Shown here piece by piece: positions 1 to 11,767 of a stretch of DNA of 64,000 bases. A model generated the notes under the pieces. That model was not told where the DNA came from. It did not search any database and worked only from the letters and a program-made list of their open reading frames with translations. Numbering within the stretch: position 1 is the first letter of the stretch; every line of letters begins with the position of its first letter. Both the position numbers and the translations under genes were made by a program. Origin of the DNA: Chlorokybus atmophyticus. Lineage: Eukaryota > Plantae > Mesostigma and Chlorokybus algae. Where the stretch lies: contig RHPI01002090.1 of NCBI GenBank assembly GCA_009103225.1, positions 1,535,932 through 1,599,931 of the forward strand, in the 5' to 3' direction.

Positions 1-467
1 CATGGCGGCGCGCGCATTGGGGAAGTCTGCGCTGCCGGACTGCATGACCGCCTGGCCAGGAAGAAACATGAGACTCTGAGGGTTTGGGGTGGACTGAGTC
101 TGGATGAACATACCCCGCCGTTGCACTGCAACCAAAGAGTACACAAGCGTTGCCATGACACAGTCATTAAGTTACGGAAAATGAAAAGTATAGAGAGTTG
201 ATATCAAGCATGCAGCGCAAACATACTGTAAGTTACTGGCGTACCATGCATAGGGCTGAACACGCCATGGATCTGTCCCGGTCTAGAGCTTCTTTGCCCC
301 AGCTGGCTGTGCCAGCTTGATGACGTAGCATAGCTGCAGCTCGCGGGAGCGCCCGAGAGCTGCGGCGCCGCAGTGGCTAGCAGACGCTGATAGGCTTCCC
401 GCCTCAGCCTACCATGCCTGACAAGCAAGCACCTCAGAGCCCTCTCCACAGCCGTCCTTGCCGCCAT
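1..467 (-). CDS. 5' part of a spliced gene running off the left edge; Arg/Ala/Ser-rich N-terminus resembling an organelle-targeting presequence; product unknown
   Basis: ATG at 467 opens [23 protein letters not shown]; GT donor after ...FSPMH; probable further exon near 1-60; divergent from PTEN. Confidence 0.5.
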
Positions 468-728
468 CGCCGCCGCTGCTGGCACTGCCGCTTAGCTCAG
501 CAAGCCCTAATCCACCGAACAGAACGGCAACGACAATTGTCGCCGTTTAGCGATAGCGCGAGCTGTTGAAAAGCCCTAAGCTCGCGTCGCTCTTTTTTCC
601 AGTCGTACGCGCTGCTTCCGATCTGAAACGTTTCGTCGCGCAGAGCGCCGTTGCGGCAACCATCGCTGGCGGGCATCGCCGAGAGCCGAGATGGAGGCCT
701 CAATGCAGCGTATTGAATGACTCTGGGT

Positions 729-821
729 CGCGCGCGCGCGCGCTCGCGGTTTTCAACAGCGTTTTCCGCTGCTCGCCAGGCGACCTGACACCAACTTCAC
801 TCCGGGCGCGCGCGCGCGCGC
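729..821. repeat. Two (CG)7 tracts in the divergent promoter
   Basis: (CG)7 at 729-742 and 807-820. Confidence 0.85.
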
Positions 822-1062
822 ACGCCCAGGGTCCACAGCAAAAAGGCATTTTTCCCGAAGCACTCCGCAGCGCTGCCGTGCATTGGCGGCGGCGGCGGCG
901 ATGGCGTGAGTACAGGCGTCGTTGCTGTCAAGCGTCGATCCTATGTGAAAGGACGGTGTTGCGCCGCTGAGAGAAGGGTGTAAGGGGTCAGGGGCTGCGG
1001 GATTGTTCAGGTTGGGGGCTGGGAGTGTGGGTGGCGCGCGGGATTGAGTTGGGGATTTGGAC

Positions 1063-2287
1063 ATGAAGGCCTGGGCGCGGGGGCTGGTTTCTGGAAAGAA
1101 GCGGCGATACCAGCAGCACGGATTTGACCTCGACTTATCCTGTAAGGAAAACAACTCAGCAACAAACAAAAAAGACTGTCAATTGACAACCTTAGCCTCA
1201 AGCGAGAAACATGTGTACCAAACTTCATGTCGAGATATCTTAAGGAGAAAACCTTCAAAAGCCTGCTCTGTTGTTTTTTGCTTTCCGCGCTATGTGCAGA
1301 TATAACAGAGAGGGTGATAGCGCTGGGTTTCCCCGCGGAGGGCGCGGAGGGCGTTTACCGCAATCCCCTCAGCGAGGTTGCCCGCTTCCTGCGCACCCGC
1401 CACGACGGCCACTTCCGCGTCTATAACTTGTAATCACCCACATCTGCGTGTGCTCTGTAGTATGATGCGGTGTGAGGATAGATGCTGTGCATGCGCACTT
1501 TGTTTTGTGCATCTGCACTCCACTGGCTGCTACTGGTGCTTGACTCTGGTCACGTGTTTCTCTCAACACGTCACACGATAACATGAACTATGTTCTCGAC
1601 ACAGCTTGATGTTACAAACAGTGAATATACAAAAAAAAAATAATGAGATGACGACAAGAATTGCCATCACATGGGGGCACACACGCACGCACGCGCAGAC
1701 CCATGCAAACACATGCGCCAGACATTGAGCAAATCCTGTCAGGCAAACAGCAAACCCAGCCAGGCAACGGCGCAGTCTCTGCATGTCATCACTTGTCGTC
1801 ATTGGCATGGGATTGGTCGTGCACAACATACTATTCTCATCGTCAACTGCTGTGGTTGTCTCATCAGGTGCTCAGAACGCGGCTACGACATCGCCAAGTT
1901 CGACGGCAATGGTAAGGATGACAGAGCGTCCTGAGGAGGCAGAAGATAGAAAACACTTGACAATACTGACACACGTTGTGCAGTTGAGTGCTTCCCCTTT
2001 GACGACCACCAGCCGGCTTCCACCATGCAGATGACAGCCTTTTGCCACAGCGCGGTGAGCACTTGCGTAGGCGTGTGTGTTGCACAGATCGTGTGAAAAC
2101 ATGCCGCTCGCGTTTCCAACCTGGAACATAAATGTGGTGATGAAACCAACTATTGAATGCTTCTCACTTTTCCAAGCAAAACAGGACACGTGGCTCTCAC
2201 AGCACCCCGACAACACCATCGCGGTGCACTGCAAAGCCGGCAAGGTGAGTGTTTGACTCGTGATTATTTCTGTCTAGTGAAACTGTG

Positions 2288-2335
<48 letters not shown>

Positions 2336-4197
2336 AGACACACACACAAAACCATCTGTGCAGGGTCGCACGGGTTTGATGGTGTGCGCGTACCTGCTGT
2401 ACAGCGGCATATTCGCCACCCCCGCCGACGCGCTCGCACATTACGGCGACAGGCGAACAAAAAACGGCCAAGTGAGCAGGGGTGGAAGAGTGAGTTGCAA
2501 TCTCTCTCATAACACAACAACTCAAATCTAGTTATTTTGCTGCTTCACAGGGAGTGACCATCGCCAGTCAGCGGCGGTACCTTAGCTACTTCCACGACGA
2601 GTTGGTGAACGGGCCGCACGCGCCTACAAGCTTGAGATTGACGCGGATGCGGATCGCTGGTCTGAACAGCAGTCATGCAAAGGGTGAGACTGGGAGTGAG
2701 ACTGAGAGTCTGTCTGATGGTGTTGAAATGCAAACATGTTAGGCCAACATCCTCCTCCACCAGATCTGCGGTTGGCTGTCACTTGCAACTTTGGTGCGAA
2801 GTCCACATGCGACATGCTGCCCGTGGTGCAGTCTGAGGTGAGATGAGCAACATCAATGTGGCTGGTTGAATACCACACGGCATGTGTGGTTGCATTGTGA
2901 TTGTGAAGTTGTGTGTTTGTCGACAAACATCCGTTCAGATGAAGGGCAAATGGCTCCTGGAGGAGGCGGAAGAAGGCGCCATCGGCTTACGGTTCGCTGA
3001 TGGTGACGTCCATCTCGAAGGGGATGTCAAGGTGCAGGTCTTCGAACGAACCATCACCAAAGAGGTAAGGGACTTACCAACCATATGCTGAGCATCTGTA
3101 CACAAGGAGGCACCCACGCACATGCAGCCACACGCACACGCAAAAGGACGCCCACATGCACACCAACCGTGTTGTTCTCACTCACGCAGAGGTCCCTCTT
3201 CTACTGCTGGTTCAGTACAAGCCACCTGCCCTCCGCACCACCAGACGCATCCACTACCGCATCAACATCCCCATCGTTGTCATTGATATTACAGCATGGC
3301 GAGCTTGACAAGGTGGCCTCCGCGCTCGCACCGCAGCTGGTGCTGGAGTTTGAAGCAGGAAGAGGCTTGGAGGACCCCGCGGAAAGGAGAGGTGATGCTG
3401 CTGTGGTGCAGGACGTCAGCGTTGTCGTGCGCGATGGTGTGGCCAACAAGCATCAACAAGACAGGTGACTGAGATCGCTGAGTGAATGAATGCTGAGTGT
3501 TGGTGTCGATATGAGATTGAGCTGACTTGTTGTGTTGACAGGGTGATTGTTGCTGCGCCCGATGCGGTGAAAGCTGAGGTGAGTTGCACGGGACCGTTGG
3601 GTGCAGAGCAAGCTACTACAACTATTCAGGCAACAGCAGCAACACAACAAGTAGAGGAGGAGCCCAACAACAGAGAAGGGTGCTCCTCGTGCTCACGCTC
3701 AATCGTAAGCTCCGTGCACGACACTGTCACACACACAATATCGACCTCCGGCCCCTCCAGCCGCCGTGTGCACCCCGAACAAGGCGCAGCCACCGACTTG
3801 AGCACCGACGCCACGCTGCGCATGCATCAAGTACCAGAGAGCAGTAGTACCGGCGCACACCCCAGCAGCAACAACACGTTGGTTCTGTGCAAGGGGTGCG
3901 GGGATGAAAGGGCTCGCAGCGTTGGCAGAGGCGTGCAAGGAAGAAAATAAGGAGGAGGAGAAGGAGGAGGTGATGGAGCGGAGCGATGACTGGAAGGTGC
4001 CCCCGGTGAGGCGGTCGAGTAGTTGGACGAAAGGTGATACGATGCAGACATTGAGGGCCACGGTGGCGCGCATGCAGGCGCTACTGGCGGGCTTGCAGCA
4101 GGAGCAGCGGCGCAACGCGTCGCTGAACGAACGGATACAGCAGACGCTCATGGAGCTGCTGCACCTACGCACGCCAGCCGGACACGTTGAGACGTAG
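1063..4197 (+). CDS. PTEN: PTEN-family lipid/protein phosphatase, multi-exon; 3' extent (C2 region plus coiled-coil tail to 4197) less certain
   Basis: Spliced exons give [95 protein letters not shown], which are the PTEN catalytic motifs. Confidence 0.93.
2289..2348 (+). repeat. (CA)n microsatellite in a PTEN intron
   Basis: Long CA run. Confidence 0.95.
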
Positions 4198-4347
4198 TAG
4201 TTGCTAATGGGTGGGTGGGGTGGGCAGCTACAAGCAAATTGGCAGCCCAGCACTGCTACCTGTCCCATCATCCAATTCCGCCTCAAACCCCCTCCGCCGC
4301 CGCCGCTGCTCCTCCCGGCCAGCGACATCGACACTGCGGCTGGCAAG

Positions 4348-4378
4348 NNNNNNNNNNNNNNNNNNNNNNNNNNNNNNN
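4348..4378. other. Assembly gap (31 N)
   Basis: N run. Confidence 1.
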
Positions 4379-4381
4379 GCC

Positions 4382-4420
4382 AGGCAACAACAGCCACCGC
4401 GGTTAAACCGACGGCGAACC
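4382..4420 (+). repeat. 39-bp sequence, perfect inverted copy of 8937-8975
   Basis: aggcaacaacagccaccgcggttaaaccgacggcgaacc. Confidence 0.95.
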
Positions 4421-5593
4421 GGGGGGGGGGATGGAGGGGGGACTGGGAGCAGCATCAATAGTTGCTAGCGGATGACACGCTGTTGCTTGAGTATCAGAGG
4501 CCACCGTCAATTTGTACAGCAGTATGTACCAGGCTGGTGGTGCGAGCCTTCTCTCTGCCAGCAGGCTTACACCACCTTCGAGTGATATGCAGGCATAGGC
4601 TATACCTAGTGTACGCATTGCAAGCAATCAGACGTGTGAGTTTTGGGGTTGCAGGTCAAAGCTGCGATGGTCGAAATCTCTATGTGGAAAAGTCGTAGTA
4701 GCAGCAGGCTGCATTGGTCAGTCAATGCATGCATACTGTCAGCACACGATATACCACCTCATGCAAGAAATATGATGTGATCATGGTATGGTGATGGAGT
4801 CTGAACGAAAGAGGGGATGACACTAAAGACAAAGGTACATGGTTCAGTGATCATACAGAAAAGTAGCAAGCAAGTGTGTACTGGGTGGGCAGCTGCACAT
4901 GCTAGCATTTAAACTACATGATGTAGTGCATGCGCACTCAATTCGATTATGCGGTGATAACGCATGCATACACTCATACACTTGCTAGTTTCACAATCCA
5001 CACTCACCAGAACACTGCATTCAACTTCAACACCAAGTGGTACTTCTAACTTCACTACCCATGTGTGGCAACTCACAGCAACAGCTATTGTCGTAATACC
5101 TGCCACATGTTCGCAGGTGTATATATGGCCAACAGATTGCACACTCTACCCTTTCGTGCAGCCAACCAGTGCAACCTCACCACCAATGACAGGCCATTTT
5201 GCACCTGACCAGCCGCAACTCTATCGCCATGGGCACATGCTGCACTGCGATGCACTGGACACTCACATGCATGTGCCATGGCTATATTTGAGTTCCACTG
5301 TAAGGAGTTTGGCACGGTTTCGACACAGATTGGTGAAGGGTAATTTTTGGTTGTGATTTGACTGACATGCACAACACCCTCAGCGTTCATTTGTACACAA
5401 CCTGCATGCAAGCACCTTAGCTTTACATAGTGAGTTCTGTGGCAGCAGGAACCTGCCGATTCACCACCTCACAACACAGCTGAATGTCTTCACATAGCTT
5501 CAAAACTGTACACTGTGCACCAACAGTTCAATGGTCCTTGCCTATCCCATACCCGGACTAACCAACAACCGGACACCTAACTCTGCTAGCAAG

Positions 5594-8500
5594 CTATATC
5601 TCTGTGCCATCCGGGATGACAGCGTTCTTCAGAATTGTGACGATGCCAGAGCTGATGACGTAGCCCTCCTCGTCAGCACTCAAGTCCCTCACGCCAGAGA
5701 CGTTGCAGATGCGCACATTCTGCACCAAGCAATGGGTCAGATTGGTGCAAAAAATACTTTGTTGCAAGAGCTGCAAGCAAGTAGGGTGGTGACCAGCATA
5801 CCTTGCCGATGCAAGCATTCTTGTCAATGATAGCACCGCGGATAAAGCTGTTTTCACCAATGCCAATGGGGACCTCACCGCGAGCAAATATGGCTTGGCG
5901 CTCATCCTAGTATGTTAAGAGCATAATCAGTCATGCATAACAAGCACCGCATGTACTTTGAATGCTACAGAAGCCTCCACAAACACCACCGCATTGAACC
6001 AAGCAAATCCCATTGTGCCAAAACTGACAGACAACAACTTGTCGGCATGTTTGACCAATGCAGAGTCTGGATCTAAACCACTCACCTCGCTTTGAAGATA
6101 GTCACCACCACAAACCATGGTATCCTCAATCATGGCACCGTTGTCAATGTGGGTACACAGCCCGAGGACGGAGCCGTGAACGTATGTTGCATTCACAACG
6201 CATCCTTCTCCAACCAACGTGTTTTGGATGTCACAGTCTGTGCCCGCAACAATCAGTTGGCCACATTGAGATAGGACTAAGTCGTGTAAACAACAGGTGC
6301 TGATGCAAGCGTGTCATACCGTTGATAACTGAAGGAGGCAAGTGTCGAGGTGCGGTGTATATGGGGAAATCCTTGTCAAAGAAGTTGAAAGGTGGCGGGT
6401 TCATTTTTGCCTGGTCAAGGTTGGCGTGGTAAAAGTGCTCCAGGGTGGACACGTCATTCCAGTACCCTGCATGACTCAGTTTAAGGATCCAACCAACCAA
6501 GACTGGCGGTGCATCCTTGACTGCACTCAAGCTGGCACACACCTTCATGGATGTAGGTGGAGATCTTGTACCCCTCCCTCATTGCTCGTGCCATCACATG
6601 CCGCCCAAAGTCCAGATCCTCAGGATGCGAATCAAGGAGCTCATGCAAGACCTATGGGAGTGCAGGAAGTTAGTCTAGCCAGCTGACGGCCTAATCAGCA
6701 ACAAATCATGGGCCCGAGATTGATGCAAGACCCTTACGTTGCGGTTGAAGACATACACGCCCATGGACGCAATGAAGGGTTTCTCATCAGAGCTGTACCG
6801 ACTGCAGCGCTGCATTGCCTTCAACGTTTCAGCACTAGTGGGCTTCTCCGCAAAGTCAGTGACATATCCATTCTCGTCTAAGCGCATGACACCAAGGCGG
6901 AACACATGCCATGGGTCCACTGGTGTTGTCGCCACAGTGATATCTGCGCCGCTGGCCCGATGTTGGGCAATGAGCTTGGAGTAATCCATGCGGTATAGCT
7001 GCTCGCCTGCAAGTTGACAGACACCAAGGGTGAGCAAAATGCTGATGCAAATCGCCAGGCCTGTAGTGTTGGTTGCAGGCACACACCTGACAGCACCAGA
7101 AACTCCTGGCAATTTTCATCAGGATCGCCCATGGGCGAATCAAAGAGGTACAGATACCTACGCACAGCATCTGCAGAGCCCTGCAGAAAGAAAGACAGGA
7201 GGGTTCAATCGGCTGGTGCATGCTTAACACTAGACCATGTGTAATGCCTCTAATATCAACGCAGTTATCAGTGCACCAGGGCCAATGTGTACTCACACTC
7301 ACAGTAGGCTACTCACAATGCAATACTGCCAAAGGCAGGTGCACGCAACTGCACATGGACAAATGAATGCTCCGAGTCGTACCTGAAACCAATTCATGTG
7401 GTCTGTGTCTTGACTGGCAGCAACCACCTCCACGAAGTTATCAGTCCCAAACCCTCCAAATGCTGAGGAAATGTGTAAACAAATCAGCACCTCACACTGC
7501 GTACAACCTAACAATGCTCTCACACAGCTGCACAGAAGCGATTGCCTGATTGTCGTTGTTGAGCAGAACAGCAGACTAACACATGAAACCACCCCAAACT
7601 TACCTCGCAGACACATCACATGAGTTGATGGTACTGAATGCATGCTAAGTACTGCATGCATGCTGCTACACTGCACATTGGCCGAGGTGACGTCTAAAAT
7701 ACAGCACAGCGGCTTACCGTAGGGTGGGAAGGCGTTGGCAATGTGACTGTTTAGCGATAGCGAGTTGAACTGCACATGCACGAAGTCAGCTGCGTGCAAC
7801 TCACACATGCAAACATGCAGCTGTTGCTGATATGCAATGGAAGTCAACATCAGGCTATGCATGCACGTAATGCTGATGAGCAAAACGAACCTGGGTCAAA
7901 ACGTAAATCTTGCTGATACCAGAGTTGATGCAGTTGCTGACGGGGATATCTACCAGGCGGTAGTTGGCGCCAAGAGGAACAGCAGGCTTTGCACGGTACC
8001 GTGTCAGAGGAAAGTTTCTACTTTCACCTCCACCAAGGATCAGCGCAACAACACTCTGCAACCAAAAAGGCCAACAATGGTATCTTACTACAGTATGAAT
8101 CAACTAAGCAATATAGCACTACTTGCGCCCGATGAAGCAGGTGTACTTAACTATTTGCAATGCAGAATATGCTTGTACAGATTGAGACCTTGTCGAGACA
8201 TGCTGCAACCTATTTCAATAACTTCATTGCCGTAACTTGTATATTGGTGCTCCAAATATCAAGTGCAGTGGCAATGCTGTGCTGTACTTTGCACGTACGC
8301 CTGAGACGTTAACAGGCAGAATCTGCTGCTCCTCAATAGCCTCCTCAATCGTCTGCGCCGCCTCCTCCGGCTCAGGCTGCGGCACTGCAACTGCTAGCCC
8401 GGCGCCTCCTCCGGCGACTGCTGCGGCAACGGCAGGGGCACGGTTTTGCTTGTTATCCTGCGGAGGTTGCGACGAGGACATGGCCATGCGGGTGCCGTGA

Positions 8501-8664
8501 GCTGCGACATCCGCCTTGTCCGTCCTCACAGGCACCCCTCCAAGAAAGCCCTTCTGCTGGGAAAGCACCGGCCGCTTGCGCAAAGCAGGCGCAGAGACAG
8601 AAGCTTCCGCGATGCTGCACCAGCGCCTTGAAGACAAACGTATACACGCCTCTGTCGCCGCCAT
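5594..8664 (-). CDS. ADP-glucose pyrophosphorylase subunit (plastid-targeted, large-subunit-like, divergent active site)
   Basis: Exons encode [30 protein letters not shown]|[13 protein letters not shown]|[21 protein letters not shown] and C-terminal [18 protein letters not shown]; Ala/Ser-rich transit peptide. Confidence 0.95.
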
Positions 8665-8936
8665 GTTGAAAAACTAGCCTACTGTCAGATACCAAGACGC
8701 CCGATCCTACCAAAGCCGCAACCAACCTCAACAACCTCCGTCACCCACCCGCCGCCGCCTGCTGACGTAGCCGCACAGCTGGGAACGACCCTGCTAATAC
8801 CCGCCGTGGCCGTTAACCGAGTTCCGCCTCGGAGATCCACAAATTCATAATCAACACTGAATCACTAACAACTAAAGAGTGAATTGCCAACTTCACAGCT
8901 TAAATCATCAAGTTCACTGCTTCGATTCGTCGTACA

Positions 8937-8975
8937 GGTTCGCCGTCGGTTTAACCGCGGTGGCTGTTGTTGCCT
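8937..8975 (-). repeat. 39-bp inverted partner of 4382-4420, in the AGPase/amidase divergent spacer
   Basis: ggttcgccgtcggtttaaccgcggtggctgttgttgcct. Confidence 0.95.
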
Positions 8976-9535
8976 ACGCGCCCTAATTAGGCGCCAGGCG
9001 GGCATAACCCGTGGCTCTAGAGAGGCCGTGAGTCGCGCACTGCGGTGCACGGGAAGACCGCCGCAGCGGGGCGACGGCCAGTTCAAGAATGATCCAACTT
9101 CCATTCCTCCCCTCAAAGTTGATGATCTCTTTGTCCGATTCCAGCCGGAAAGCAGATTCGGCTCCGCGCCAAAACCCGCGAATCATACCCCTTCCGAGAT
9201 CGGAATAGATTATTGCGTCCGATGACCACAGCATGGCAAAACCTGCGCAGGCAGCTTTATGCCCTTTAGCAGGCCAGAAACTGAATTGATGAAGCAGGTC
9301 CTAATTGCGGAAGGTTGAGGCATATTCGTGGCGCCTTATGGGACTTCGGTACGCGCGCATTGTGCTGAGCGGCCACGTCAGCGCGAGTGGTGGGGCAGCG
9401 TCATGCGTCACTGTAGTGCGAGGGACAGTGTGACGGTAGGTAGTACAATTGTCAGTGTCACGCAACACTGTGGCATGGGTGTTGGCAGAGGCATAGGCGG
9501 GGGTAGTGGACTTAGCCAGGAAGGCTGTGCCGGCC

Positions 9536-11635
9536 ATGGCACGGGAGGTGAAGGTCGCTGCTTGCCAAATGAGCTGTTCCTGGGACATCGACGCCAACCT
9601 GGCCAAAGCCGAGAGGCAAGCATGCTGTGCAAGTAACAATTCAGCTGTTGCGTTATTGCATGCCAACGGCGTGCTTGCTGCTGTTTGGCCATGTCAGACG
9701 GGTCACGTGCAAACTTTGTACACCAAACAGACTGTTGTACAAAGCAAAGTCTAGTTATCCCGCAGCGTGGACGTCACACCGTAACATGCATGTTGTTGCT
9801 GCCGGTGTTCGCCATTGTGGTAGCTAATGTGTGCCAGTGCGATCACAGAGCCAAGCAAGCATAATTCATACTTGCTATATTGCACGGGCTGACTGCAACG
9901 CACGCCACCAGGTTGGTACGCAGCGCCCACGAGCAAGGAGCCCAGATCATACTCCTACAGGTGAGCAGCACCGGTAAATGGTTGTTGAGTTAAGCTTGAT
10001 GGCGTGTACAGTTGTAACGGTAGATTAGACTCCGTTTGGGCTCTTAGAGTGCTCCCCTGACTGCTGACAGAGAGCAGATGTGTTGCTATGCACACATGCG
10101 TTGCAATCGCTCGTCAATTGTGCGACGTGGTCACACACTTGCTTGCTGTGTTGCAGGAGCTCTTTGAGACACCGTACTTCTGCCAAGAGCAGAAGCCGGA
10201 GCACTTTGCGCTGGCCAAGGAGGTGCATGACAACCCATTTCTGGACAGGTCTGCTGATCAGCGCAGTTGACGTGTGCACCTTAACAGTGTGCCAACCCAG
10301 TGAGAATGAGCCCCTAGTCAATTTATTGATCATAAAGGCATGTTGTAATGTGTATGCACGTAGGATGAGTGCACTGGCAAAAGAGCTTGGCGTGGTCCTC
10401 CCCATCAGCTTCTTTGAGCGCGCCAACAATGCACACTACAACTCGCTGGTGGTGATGGACGCGGATGGCACCCGCAGTGACCCCTACCACAAGTCGCACA
10501 TACCTGATGGGCCTGGTATGTGGTGTTGCTGCGTGGTCAGTTCGCGCTGTGCACGTGTGGGCAGCTTAGCCATGACCATATACTTCAGGGTACCAAGAGA
10601 AGTTTTACTTCAATCCTGGGGACACCGGCTTCAAGGTTGGCTGTTTGCTGTAAACCCTTGCATGCCATGTTCGCTATGTGGCTGGTATTGTTTGCTCATG
10701 AATTGGATGCTCATGATCGGCTTGTACAGGCGTTCAAAACCCGCTTTGCCACCATAGGCGTAGGTACGGTTGTTGCAATGTTGAAGACACGAGCCAGTTA
10801 TGTTTGCGAGCTCAGCATCCACGCGCTATGTGTTGCCTGCAGCTATCTGCTGGGATCAATGGTTTCCAGAGGGCGCTCGCTCTATGTGCCTGCAAGGCGC
10901 TGAAATATTATGTAAGCCATCAATGTTGAGCCCATGCAGTCTGTCTCTGACTGACTGTGGTTGTGCCCTTGCACGGATTTTGTAGCTTTGTCACTTGGTC
11001 ATGCCATTGAATCAGCTCTCGGCCTATGCTAACTGACTTGCCCATCGTGTACAAGTCTATCCTACGGCCATTGGCAGCGAGCCGCAAGATCCAACCCTTA
11101 ATTCAAGGTCCCATTGGGAGCGCGTGATGCAGGGGCATGCTGCTTCCAATGTGGTACGTGAGCAACTTATCGTAGTCCTAAAAGCATGTGCTCAATCACA
11201 TGGAGAGGACTACGCATGTCACTCATAGATACTATCATGGTCCCTCGTGCTATTAACTTACTGTTGCTTACAGGTTCCGCTTGTCACATCCAACCGTGTG
11301 GGCACTGAGACGTTTGAGGCATCCCATATCACCTTCTATGGTTCATCCTTCATAGCAGGTGTGCTACGATTTGCTTGAGCAGGCAGTTTGCGTGCAAGGC
11401 TGTTGGTGTGTGGTTGGGCGTTACGTAATCGCATGTGGGTGCTTGCGTAGGTCCAACCGGCGAGAAAGTTCAGCAGCTTGGGGAGAAAGAGGAGGGTGTT
11501 GCAGTTGCGTCGTTCGACCTGGATGCCATTCGCACCATGCGAGCCGGATGGGGGCTCTTTCGAGACCGGCGCCCAGACCTGTACACCCCTCTTCTAACGC
11601 TGGACGGTGTACATCGCCATCCGGGTGCTTGCTAG
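9536..11635 (+). CDS. aguB: N-carbamoylputrescine amidohydrolase (nitrilase family, putrescine synthesis)
   Basis: LLQ|ELFETPYFCQ, HKSHIPDGPG|YQEKFYFNPGDTGF, ICWDQWFPE, YPTAIGSEPQD, WGLFRDRRPDLY; Glu-Lys-Cys triad present. Confidence 0.95.
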
Positions 11636-11767
11636 CAGGCTTGATGCACAAAGCTGTGTATTATCAGCTCGACCAGCATTGGGTCTTGCGACAGTCAGTA
11701 GGGGATCCATCCACATTGATTATTGATCTCTGTACATATAGCCAACACGCGCGCGCTTACTGCGTGT

